The notes under the pieces were generated by a model. It saw only the letters and a list, made by a program, of their open reading frames with translations. It had not been told where the DNA came from and made no database searches. From contig OX597816.1 in NCBI GenBank assembly GCA_951406725.2, positions 96,720,001 to 96,784,000 on the forward strand: a stretch of 64,000 nucleotides of DNA, written 5' to 3'. Of this stretch, positions 40,840-52,789 are shown piece after piece. Position 1 is the stretch's first letter. Each line of letters starts with the position of its first letter. This stretch comes from Octopus vulgaris. Lineage: Eukaryota. The position numbers and the translations under genes were made by a program.

Positions 40840-41736
40840 CATGGCAGTGAAACATGGGCTGTGACTGCTGAGGACATGCATAAGCTTGCTAGAAATGAAG
40901 CCAGTATACTCTGCTGGATGTGTAATGTCAGTGTGCATACACAACAGAGTGTAAGCACCCTGAGAGAAAAGTTGAACAAAAGAAGCATCAGATGTGGTGT
41001 GCAAGAGAGACTGCTGTGCTGGTATGATCATGTGTTGCAAATGGATGAGGACAGCTGTGTGAAAAAGTGTCACATCATAACAGTGGGGGGAACCTGTGGA
41101 AGAGGTAGACACATGAAGACCTGGGATGAGGTGGTGAAGCATGACATTTGAACATTAGGCCTCACAAAGGCAATGACAAATGACCAAGACCTTTGGTGAT
41201 ATGCTATGTTTGAGAAGATCCAGCAAGCCAAGGGAAATCATAGCTGTGGTTTATGCCAGTGTCGCATAACCAGGCCATTGGACAATAAACTATGCTTGAG
41301 AAGACCTGTTGAGTCAAGTAAAATCATTGTTGCGGCCAATGCCAGTACCACATGACTGGTACCCATGCTGGTGGCATGTAAAAAGCACCATTTGAGTGTG
41401 GCTGATGCCAGTCTCTCCACACTGGCTCCTGTGCCACTAGCACGTAAACTGCACCATTTGAACATGGTCAATGCCAGTGCCAGTTGACTGGCTCCCATGC
41501 TGGTGGTACATAAAAAGCACCATTCAAGCATGGTCACTGACAGTGCTGCCTGACAGGCCCTTGTGCCGGTGGCACATAAAAAGCACCCTCTACACTCTTG
41601 AAGTGGTTGGCATTAGGAAGGGCATCAAGCTGTAGTAACCTTATCAGACCAGATTGGAGCCTTCTGGCTTGCCAGTCCTCAGTCAAATCGTCCAACCCAT
41701 ACTAGTATGGAAAGTAGATGTTAAACAATGATGATG
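40840..41736 (+). mobile_element. RTE LINE 3' end with tandem 3' UTR repeats and (GAT)n tail
   Basis: HGSETWAVT...RNEAS.L.WMC...GRGR.KTWDEVV; tail shared with the RTE-tail SINEs. Confidence 0.88.
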
Positions 41737-42202
41737 GTGTCTTATACATATATGAAACATAAATGGACACTGTGCTTAGACTTGGGTCCCATCCCTAAGA
41801 AGCTACATTTTTCTGATGCAAATATAAAAATAATTGAAAATGTGCAAGCATCTGAAATCTGCAACACTTTTGGTTCAAATAAATTTCAGATAAGGGATTA
41901 TCAGCATTGATATCATTGTCAAATTTACATTAAAATAGCAGCTCATTTATTAATTAAAGGCAGTATGGTGCATATGCATAGGTCAATGACAGATAAAGGA
42001 GTTTCTATGCATAATGTTGATTAGTTGACAGCAACTTCAAAGTTTTGCTGGTGGTGGCTTATTCAAATCATGAGTTTAAAGCCAAATTTAACATTAGATT
42101 CTATACACATGTCCTGAGTCTTTTCATCAATCAACACTCATAGATTTTATACATTTGAAACACTTCTCTTTAACAACATGCTATATATGTACACATACAT
42201 AA

Positions 42203-42269
<67 letters not shown>

Positions 42270-42484
42270 TATAACTAATGTAGGATAAAATTTTTTCTAA
42301 ATAAAATTTTATCAATCGCCAGCATATCAAAAAATACCTTTAAAAGTTAAATGTATAAATAACTTATAAAATAAGGGCAAAAGAAAAAGTCCAATGCCAA
42401 ATATGCTGAAAAATAGACAAAATTGTCAATAACCATTATAATTTATGCGTCTCGAAACAAGCTGATAGAAATTTCTAAAAAATC

Positions 42485-42555
42485 CGTTATTACCGTATTG
42501 GTTCCAATTTCGGGGTTAATTCATAAGAATTTTCCCCTCTTCAGCAATAAATACG
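42485..42555 (-). ncRNA. type I hammerhead ribozyme
   Basis: Minus strand: ttattg-CTGAAGA-gggg-aaaattcttatgaattaa-cccc-GAAA-ttgg-aa-ccaa-TA|cggtaa. Stems I (two G-U pairs), II and III all form. Predicted cleavage after AUA, between 42496 and 42495. Confidence 0.8.
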
Positions 42556-42580
42556 TAAGACATAAATTAAATACTTACTC

Positions 42581-42640
42581 ATACCCTGAAGAGGGGAAAA
42601 TTCTTATGAATTAACCCCGAAATTGGGACCAATACGGTAA
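42581..42640 (+). ncRNA. second hammerhead core, inverted copy with stem I out of register
   Basis: atacc-CTGAAGA(42586-42592)-gggg...cccc-GAAA(42619-42622)-ttgg-ga-ccaa-TA|cggta. Confidence 0.65.
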
Positions 42641-42764
42641 TAATGGATTTTTAGAAATTTCTATCGGTTTCAAGATGCATAAATTATAATGGTTATTGAC
42701 AATTTTGTCTTTTTTTCGGCATATTTGGCATTAGAATTTTTCTTTTGCCCTTATTTTATAAGTT

Positions 42765-42803
<39 letters not shown>

Positions 42804-42859
42804 GAACAGGAAAGAGAAATTAGGTAAGAACATAAACATACATATATATTTATATATAT

Positions 42860-43225
42860 GGCACAGTAGCGGCTGTGTGGTAAGTAGCTTGCTTAGCAAC
42901 CACATGGTCCCACTGTGTAGAACCTTGGCCAAGTGTCTTGTACTATAGCCTTGGGCTGACCCAAGCTTTCTGAGTGGATTTGGTAGACGGAAACTGAAAG
43001 AAGCCTGTCATGTGTGTGTGTGTGTGTGCATGTTTGTCCCCCATCACTTGACAACCAATGGTGGTGTGTTCACGTGACCATAACTTAGTGGTTCAGCAAA
43101 AGAGACCGATAGAATAAGTAACAGGATTACAAAGAACAAGTCCTGGGGTTGATTTGTTCAACTAAAGGCAGTGCTCCAACATAGCCACAGTCAAATGACT
43201 GAAACAAATAAAAGAATAAAAGAAT
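42860..43225 (+). mobile_element. tRNA-derived SINE with internal (TG)n
   Basis: ggctgtgtggtaag head, gtagacggaaactgaaagaagcc core, aaagaataaaagaata tail. Confidence 0.88.
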
Positions 43226-43228
43226 ATA

Positions 43229-44836
43229 CAGTAGTGACCATAATATAAGGGTCAGTAAGAACATGTGTACTGAAATATTTATTATAGAAGATTAACAAAA
43301 TGCTGAGACTAGATATTTTACACATATCTAGATATTTCTGATACCTATCTTTCATGAAAATTTCAAGTGAATGGAATAAATATTACAAGGAAATAAACAA
43401 ATAATCTTCCAAACTGCAATGACCGAAAGTTAAGAGTCACTTAAAAAAGTAATGATAAATGGAACAAGAATAAAAACCCTTACTGCTAATATTTTGTGAA
43501 CCTCCCTTTACTATCAATGACCTCCTGACATCTGTTACCACAGGACTGAATAAATTTCTTGCAAAATGATGGAGTAATATTGTTCTATTCGTTTTCCAAT
43601 AATCCCCAGAGTTCATCTGGATTCTTTGGATTTCTCTTTCGCACCCCATTTCCAATAATCTTCCAAACGTTTTCTATAGGGTTGAGATCGGGACTTAGAG
43701 GTGGCCAGTCCATGAGATCAACCCCTTCATCACTCAAAAAAATCTTTGACTTTCTTCACAGTGTAACAGGGAGTGTTGACCTGCACAAAGATAGGAAGTC
43801 GAACTGACAAGGATCGGAGATGTGGAAGGGCATGTTGTCCAAAAATCTGCTTGTAGATTTCAGCATTGAAAGTCCCTTGTAGGCGAATAAGTGAACCAAT
43901 ACCAGCAGCAGAGATCACTCCTCATACCATTATGCTGCCTCCTCCATATTTCACTGTCTTCTTCACACATGCACGAGATAATCTTTTGCCACTTCTTCGT
44001 CGGACTTACATCAAGCCATCGGAACCAATTAGATTAAACTTTGATTCATCGCTAAAATGAACCTGCAACCACTGTTCTTCTGTCCAAATGACATGTTCAT
44101 GAGTGAAACAAAAACAGGCTTTTTGATTCTTCTTGGAGATTAGAGGTTTCTTTGCCAGTGCCCAAGCAAGCAACCCAGAACCTCATAACCTCCGAGAAAA
44201 TTTTTTGCACGATATGTTGACATTGGAAGTGGAGCTAAGCTCGTGGGATATCTCAGCAGCACTCTCAAACATATCTTTCAATGACATTCTAACCATAATA
44301 CAATCCTGTATTGGTGAAGTTTTAGAAGGTCTTCCAGTTTTGGGTTTAGCATCTGTCAATCCTGATAACTTAAAATGAGCTACAATTCATTGCACAACTT
44401 CTAGACCTTCCTACAATAGTTGCTATCGCAGAATTTGACTTGGCTTCTTGGTGAAGGCACACAATCCTTTGTTTTTCATCCCAGGACAGCAGTCATCTCT
44501 CACAAGCCGCCATGTTGACAGTTAAATGTTTCAGTAATGTAAGATCTAAAAAGTAACTGTTAGCCCATTAACAGTCTTCTAAATAAGAAATATTTTAATT
44601 AGTAGTTAAATTTTTCTAAGTGACCCTTAACTTTTGGCCACTACAATTTGGAAGATTGTTTATCTCCTCATACCTTACAAAACATTTATTCCATTCAGTT
44701 GAAATTTTTACGAAAGATAGATATTAGATATATCTAAATATGTGTAAAATATCTAGTCCCAACGTTTTGTTAATCTTCTGTAATAACTATTTCAATACAC
44801 TTGTTCATACTGACCCTTATATTATGGCCACCACAG
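43229..44836 (-). mobile_element. Tc1-like transposon, near full length, long TIRs, inactivated
   Basis: TA-flanked ~200 bp TIRs (cagtagtgaccataatataagggtcagt and actgacccttatattatggccaccacag). Transposase motifs HFSDESKF, GGGSIMV and WPPLSPDLNPIENVW. Confidence 0.92.
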
Positions 44837-45388
44837 TATGTGTTACTTTGAAGTTGACAAATTCTTCATTACTTCAAGCTTTTCAGAGTGGCAAAGAACT
44901 TCATTCAATGTGCTCTCTTTCTCTCTTTCTGTGTGTGTGTGTGATTTTATACATATATATATATATTTAATCAATATAGGGTGGCAAAAAATTTCGTAGA
45001 ATTTATTTGCCATATATATATATATATGTGTATATATATATATATATATAAGATTAGTAGAGTTAGAGGTTGGAATAACCATCTAAGGGATAAAAGTATC
45101 CATTATACTACCAGTATAATTACCTATGTTAACCCTGGACATACATATGCAAGCATATTATACTCATAGATTACAGGTAATGACAAAAATAAACATGAGT
45201 TTATCAGGAATCAAATATGATGAATATTATTTTTAGAATATCAATTGTAATACTATATAACACTGGAAGCAAAAACAGCTGTAAGATGGGATACAGTCTA
45301 TTTGTATTGAATTAAAAAATAATAATTGATGTAAGTCAATTGTTGTTGATCAATATTTCTCTATTTTCTGTTACTTTTATACATATAC

Positions 45389-45475
<87 letters not shown>

Positions 45476-45478
<3 letters not shown>

Positions 45479-46001
45479 GGTGTCGCAAAAAGATGTACTC
45501 ACTCTTTGACAGATGATGTACGGGCTTACCTCAATGCAACAAATCCAAACAAATGGATTGGGAGGAGAGGTAGCGTTGAATTTCCTGCACATTCCCCAGA
45601 CCTCACACCAATGGATTTTTTTTTTTATAGGGACATCTTAAAGATAAGGTTTACACTGCAGAACCAGTGACAATTCATGGTCTGAAAAATGAAAATCGAA
45701 TAGAATGTCTTGCAACTCCAAATGAAATGTTTGGCAATGTTGTCAAATCCATCGTTGGACATTATCAGCTTTGTTTGGAAAATAAAGGAAGACAGTTTGA
45801 ACATTTGCAAACACGCAGGAATGAGAGAGAACATTAAATAATTCTAAATGACAATAAATAATCGTTTCTACAACAATTTATTTTCCTGAATTTAATTTAA
45901 CTTTTTTAGGATTGTATGTATATCAATAAACATCTACTTGAACACAAAATGCATGAGTACTGGGAAGTCAAAGAGTGAGTACATTTTTTTGGGACACCCT
46001 G
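45476..46001 (+). mobile_element. Tc1/mariner-superfamily deletion derivative
   Basis: TIRs cagggtgtc.caaaaa..tgtactcactctttgac and gtcaaagagtgagtacattttttt.ggacaccctg; motifs [10 protein letters not shown] and GHLKDKVY. Confidence 0.85.
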
Positions 46002-47202
46002 TAGATATATATATATACATATGTGTATGTATGTATTTATATATATATATATACATACACATATTTGTATAAAATCATTTTCGGTTTATGTCCACTTTCC
46101 ATGCTGGAATGAGTTGGGTAATTCAACATGGTCTAATTGGTTCAGTTGACATCCCCGCCTCTTCCAATGCCTCTGTTCTGATATGAATTCTATAGCCCAA
46201 TGCCATTCTTAACGCCAACCACTTTAAAGAATGAATTGGGTGCTTGTTTTGTGGTAAATGCGTGCGTGCATGCGTGTGTGTGTGTGTGCATTTTCGTGTG
46301 TACATGTGTGTGTTTATCTCTTAGTCAGGAGCAAAGCAGTGGCCATGACCCTTTACAAGGCTTCTGAGATTAATGGGGTAGGGAGAGAGGAGACTATCCT
46401 CAAGCTGGAGACCTGCCTGTCTCTCCACTCCAAATGCTTGCAATAGAGACTCCACTAAAGATACCCAAGATACTAGATGGTGGTGTTAAACCAGATTAAG
46501 TCTAGTGTTGGTGTGTATGTGTATATATAATGTATGTATATACACATATGTTTGTATATAATTCACAATTACACAATACATCCTATATATATATATATCC
46601 TTATAATGATATGAATTGCATGTGTATTTGCCTTTATAAGTCTAAAATACTCATTCTATTGATAATCATCTAATCATGTGAAAAATTCTCCATAAGAGAT
46701 TATTTGAAAGAATATTACAATCGCACAAACTTCATTCAAGTCACATGGAAAATGATAACTCTATTGTGAGGGTATAACTAAAATTCAATAACATTTGTAT
46801 TTCTTCAACATTACCAGCATTGCCATTGTTGTTACCATTGTTCTCATTTTAAATCATTGATTCTCTCATACTTGCATATGAAAGACAGCTCTGTCATACA
46901 ATATATCACCCTCATAAAATTCTTTTGCCATCTTGTTTGTGAGGTTGCCATCTTGAGATCTGATCTGACCTTTTCTTTGTTGAATACCTTCATGTTTCCC
47001 TGCTGTGAGTTTATTCTTCTGTCAGTATACACCATTTTCTTACTTATTATCTGTACATGTAACAAGGATCGTCATCTCTCCTGCATACTTCAATTAATAA
47101 CATTCATGTTCAGGAACCCTCTAAGTATACCTGCACATTAATCTTTGAGAAAGTTACCTTTGCACATCAGATTATGTTTCACACAGTTTTTTCCAATTTC
47201 TG

Positions 47203-47350
47203 TAGGCGCAGGAGTGGCCACATGCTTCTGGGTTCATTCCCACTGTGTGGCACCTTGGGCAAGTGTCTTCTACTATAGCCTTGGGCCGACCAATGCCTTG
47301 TGAGTGAATTTGGTAGACGGAAACTGAAAGAAGCTCATCGTATATGTGTA

Positions 47351-47381
<31 letters not shown>

Positions 47382-47595
47382 ATGTTTGTATGTCTGTGTT
47401 TGTCCCACCAACATCGCTTGACAACCAATGGTGGTGTGTTTACCTCCCTGTAACTTAGCAGTTCGGCAAAAGGGACCGATAGAATAAATACTAGGCTTAC
47501 AAAAAATAATTCCTGGGGTTGATTTGCTTGACTAATGGCAGTGCTCCATCATGGCCACAGTCAAATGATTGAAACAATTAAGAGAGTAAAAGAGT
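47203..47595 (+). mobile_element. tRNA-derived SINE with internal TA/TG tract
   Basis: Unrearranged reference copy of the SINE family that is rearranged at about 35880-36600. Confidence 0.88.
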
Positions 47596-47945
47596 ATGCG
47601 CAACATTCAATGTTCGTTTTTCACTTATAAAGGAGAGGTCCATTTACATTCACCAGAAGGAACTTTTTCTAAAAGATCTTTTCCTTAGTTTTTCATTACA
47701 ACTATTGACCTAATATGCAATTACAATGGCTTTGCCTCAAAATAACAGATTTGTATTTATTTTGAGAAGAATATTAGCTATAAAAGCCCTAACCTTCCAA
47801 ATAATCCTGGAGCTTCAACACTCATCATATCCATCCTGAGCAAGCCATGATTATTCAGCAACAATGGCACTCACATCTATGTTTTAATTAAATTTCATTA
47901 ATGCATCAAACTTTCTCAACATTTCAGAGAATGATCTATCATATA

Positions 47946-48513
47946 ATTGGGTTGTCCGGAAAGTTGGTGCCAATTTTTAAAAGAAAGGAAAAGGTCAATA
48001 AATTCTTGCCATTACATTTTTAATCAACCAAATACGAACCATTTTGTTGCACAATGCATCTCCATCTTTCCTTTAACTTGAAAATGCCCACTTCCCAGAA
48101 TTGAGGTGGTTTCATAGCAAAGAGTTCACCAAGGTATCTTTTTACATCATCCAAGGAATTGAAATTTTTACCATTAAGACTATTCTACAGATATCTGAAT
48201 AAATGGAAATCTGAAGGAGCAATATCTGGTGAATATGGTGGGTGGGGTAACACATCTCAGCCGAGCTGCAGCAATTTTTGTATGGTTACCAAAGTATCAA
48301 GTGCCGAAAATGAACTTTCTTATCTTCCATTTTAAAAGGTTACAGAATTAACACAGGTTATAGGAGCATAAACCTTCTTCTACGAAAAAATAGCTTAAAC
48401 TGTGCTCTAAATGGAGGTATAGTCATTTCCTATTTTATGGAATCAACTATATTCTAAAATAAGTCGAAAGGTAAGCTACTATAAATTAGCACGAACTTTC
48501 CAGACAACCCAAT
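47946..48513 (-). mobile_element. mariner deletion derivative
   Basis: TIRs attgggttgtccggaaagtt and aactttccagacaacccaat; HPPYSPDIAPSDFHLF on the minus strand. Confidence 0.88.
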
Positions 48514-49786
48514 ATATCAGTATGAGAACACTTCCTTATTTTGGCTTTTTCACATCAATTCAAGAACTCTTCTTTGACTGCCAGTACAACGTACATTTCA
48601 ACATTAACATTGTTGAGTTACATTGATCATAAGTAGTATTTCTATGCCAATTTTGTAAAAACTTGCTCCTCAAACTATTCTGTAGATTTACCTACTAACT
48701 AAAAGTTATTTTCCCCACATTTAATTTTACCAAATGCAGAGAATTTTGCTGGTATATGCTTATATTCACAGAATGAGATTCACACTTGTTTCCACCAACA
48801 TATGTGACAGTGATATTATCAATTTCACTTTTACTTTTACTTTCTTTATTTTTTTAAACATATTAAATAAGGTAAGCTGAGGCACTAATTTCATAGTTCT
48901 CAGATAGATAAAAATCAAAGCCTACCTCAGCAGGATTTGAATTCAGAATATAGAGGGCAAAATTAAATAATGATGATGATAACAATGACAACAATAACAA
49001 CCAACACCACCACCAACAACAACAACTACAATGCCATTGCTGCTGCCACCACCAATATTGATTGGATCACTTTTCATGTTAAGAACAGTCAATTACATCA
49101 ACATACTAAATAACACTTATTGATGAAAGGATGAATGATAAAGTTAACTTTTCAAATAATTTCCAAGCAGAAGATACAAAGATATTTAATCTATAGCTTC
49201 CTCATTTCTGCAAATCTTTATCCCTTCTAATAACAAGAATAATGATCTTTATCACTGGCATTTTGATACAAAGTTTGGAGCAGGGTACAGTGAATTAAAA
49301 ATAAAAATAATACTTTCTGATTTGGCAAGAAATTATGCACTTTGAGTTGAGGTTTGGCAAATGTTTTACTGTTCCTGAAAAGATGTTAAAGTTAACACCA
49401 GTAAGAATTTAATTCAGTAAATGAAGGATAAAACTAAGTACCTCAAGGCACTTTGTCCGACACTGTCAAATTCATCATCTAGTGCACACCTAATTATCAT
49501 AATAATGATTTAGAATAGTTATATTATGTCACATATTTTTGTTTAGTGCACATATGATTACATTAACTCCATTGCTTGACTGGCAGTGATGATTGTCAAA
49601 GTCAACTAGTGTGATTCAAAGCGAGAATGTAAAGGATGTAATTGATTATAGCGAAGTATTTTGTTCGATGATTTACTGATCCTGCTATCCATCACCCTTA
49701 TAAAAATAATAGTAAAACCATCAACATTATCAGCAGCAATAGTTACAGAAATTAAGATACACTGAAGAATAATTTTCCAATCTTAC

Positions 49787-49930
49787 CATTCCAAATATGA
49801 GAGATTCACATAAAGCTGAGGATGGTAATACTTGCTTGATGCAAACTATGATCAAGGGATGTGTTGTTCGAGATAAATTTGATCCTGGGGACAGCAAAGG
49901 CTTGCCACTTGTGTTTTCCATACAAAGGAG
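49787..49930 (-). CDS. M1AP: M1AP-like gene, coding exon (LLCMENTSGKPLLSPGSNLSRTTHPLIIVCIKQVLPSSALCESLIFGM)
   Basis: aatgcag|ctc...atg|gtaag, 144 nt, phase 0-0. IKQVLPSSALCESLIFGM resembles recalled M1AP IKALKSSGLCESLTYGL. The acceptor position is less certain because an in-frame alternative exists at 50008. Confidence 0.85.
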
Positions 49931-51793
49931 CTGCATTTGTGTTTTCATAAATATTGATAAGACAAAAACCAAAGGAATTATTAATAAAACAAAATCAATG
50001 GAATTAAGCTGTAGAAATATATTCCAAGATACAAACATAAACTTAATTATTAACTTCATATGATGTGTGTGTGTATGTACGTATATATGTATGAATGCAT
50101 GTGTGTGCATGTATGTATATATGTATATATGAATATATGTATGTGTATATATATGTGTGTATTTCAATAAACCAGATATATGTGTAAAAACTAACACTTC
50201 ATTTTTCTGAGCTGAGATTCAAGACTGAATCTAAGGATTCTCGCTCATCTGATCCACCACTGGTCAAACAGGCATGAAAGAAATTTCTTTGTCCTGTCAA
50301 GAAGTGATGGAAGGTTTTTAACTTCGACCTGCGACCTCAGCTGTGTCATTTAAGGTTCAAGTGGACAGGAGACGACCTACATAGGTAGGAATTTCTGCTG
50401 TTGTATGTCTGTCCTTCTAGATGTCATGACCATTATAAATACAGCAATCTGTCAAGGGATGGGAGTGAGAGAGATAGCCAGAGGCGAGACAGCCAGCAAG
50501 TAACTTCGCCAGTTGAGCAGGCAACAAAGAACCAGATATTCAGCATGAACGACCCAACACTGAAGTAGAAGCAGAACATAAACAGACACCACTGAATGCA
50601 CACACAGACACAATGCACACACAGACTCAAAATATGTCCAGTTCTACCTCATCATATCGACACAGTATGTACCCTGTTAATTTCTTTTTGGCCAGCTCAA
50701 AGTAAGTTGGTAATGTCATGTGAGATTTTTGGTGTATACAACAAGTAAATGCAAGTGTCGTTTAAATAAATTATTTAAACTACAATCCGATGCTTTCCAA
50801 TTGTTTTACTTTGATGTTGCCCCCATGCCTATTTCACCTGCTACCTCAACATCTTTTGCTACACCTTTCCCACCACATATGTAAACAATCTCATACTTAC
50901 TATGAAGGTAACTTAAAATCTAAAAGTTGAAATTAATAACAAATAAATAATGCTGAAATATTAACCAACTAATTCAAAGTAGTCATAATCTCTCATTTAA
51001 GTACTGAAACCTTATAATGCGTCAATACAATATAGGTTTATTGTCTTGTTTACTTGAAAATAACATCACCAACACCAAAAAAGAAAAAAAATTACAGGAA
51101 AGATTACATCGCATTTAGATAAATAAATTTTGAATATATTAAGTTCTAGTATATTAACTTGCTTCATACACTCCATTCAATATGAATCTCCCTTGCAGAA
51201 ATACTGCATTTGTTTACACATAAAAAAATTATTCATAAATATGTTATGTTGTATGTACTGGGTCTTAGAGTTATACCTTCTAACTGCTATAATAGAGTAC
51301 TTGCAACAGGTTTATTTTGCAATCAGATACATGGGAGAAAAAAACAAAAAATATATAAGAAAAGGCAAGTAACATGTAATGACAGAAGCAAAGGAAATAA
51401 TAGCCATTAAGCATGTAGTTCTAGATATACCATACTTATGCCTAGCCAAACAACCTTACAACATACTGTACTGGTTAATAATAGCACAGTATTATGAGTA
51501 AAACTATGGATCTTTGAAGTACTCTGATCAAGATATTACAATTTAAGACCATATTGATGTTCTCTGCTCCCAAGTTTGGGAAACCTGCAAGTTCGTTTGT
51601 TAGCTCATGGACAAACTACTTACATGAGTAGTTTGTTCATGAGTGGGTAGCAAGGAAAGTAGGAGAAAACTGATAATGACAATGATATTTATGATTGTGT
51701 ATGCTATATTTTTTTTACTCTTGAAGCTATCATGTACTTTTATGTCAGGTCTGTGAGTAGGTTTTTTACTCTGTTAGTGTTTAATATCAGAAT

Positions 51794-51972
51794 GTTTAAA
51801 TACTTTGTGTTTTGTCTCTGTGGAATACATGCATTTATGCTAAAAATTTATATATATATAGATATAAATTTTTAGCATAAATGCATGTATTCCACAGAGA
51901 CAAATCACAAAGTATTTAAACTTGTTAATCCACAAGTAAAACAATATATATATTGTTTTACTTGTGGATTAA
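51794..51972. repeat. two adjacent (TA)n-centred palindromes
   Basis: 51794-51921 (~56 bp arms, one mismatch) and 51925-51972 (20 bp arms around tatata), joined by ttg. Confidence 0.95.
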
Positions 51973-52378
51973 AAAGGCAAGCAATGGTATCATATAGGAG
52001 AGATCTCCACAATTATTCAAGCAAACCACTTGGGAATATTGGTACTTGTCATATGAAATCATTGGTTCCCTTGTTAATACAAAATAAAGAATATTTATCC
52101 CACAATATGAAGTTGAATATGCATTCTCACTATTTGATACTAGCATGTATGTGTGTGTATTATGTGCAAGACAGGAGAAAGTAAAGGAAATAAGACATCT
52201 CATTCTACTTGCTTTACTCTACCAAACACATGTTCTTTACCTAGTCTACTAGCCATGGACAACAGTGCTATTCAGGTAACATGTCATGCACATATCAAAT
52301 TTTATGTGACTATTTAACACCCTACTATCATAAAAAAGAAACAAAACTGAGAATAAATATGGAAAATTAGTTACTCAC

Positions 52379-52458
52379 ATAGTGTTCTCTGAATGGAATA
52401 TGAATGGGATTGATGATGCTAGTTAGGACATCACACTTTATCACCATAGGAATATCAT
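52379..52458 (-). CDS. M1AP: M1AP-like gene, coding exon (xDIPMVIKCDVLTSIINPIHIPFREHY), phase 1 in, phase 0 out
   Basis: Minus strand reads cttttcttatag|at...tat|gtgagt (80 nt). The peptide resembles recalled human M1AP DNPMCLKCDLQERLLCPSLL and joins the next exon in frame. Confidence 0.85.
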
Positions 52459-52789
52459 CTATAAGAAAAGATTATGTCAGATAAGTTATACATGAACAAT
52501 TAATGAGACAACATTGATTTTGAACTTTAAAACCTTAAAATATCAAAGTTTTTGAACGGGATACTTAATTTTTATCACCTAGTTAATGGTTACGTATCCA
52601 ACTGACCAGGTCATAGAAGTGCAATGAAACTTTTTCACATTTCATAGTAGAAAGTAACATCAAGAAGTAAACAAGAAGCGAATATAACATCATTTGTATG
52701 TTCTTAAATGGCTAAAATGATTCTTCTACAATGTAACTGCTTAAGCATACATACATTATATATAGGAGCTACAAACTTGTGATATAGAG

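Larger units (their letters stand above)
42359..42766. mobile_element. Penelope-like pseudo-LTR remnant in inverted arrangement between (TA)n tracts
   Basis: Inverted arms 42359-42544 and 42586-42766, each carrying a hammerhead core. Confidence 0.75.
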
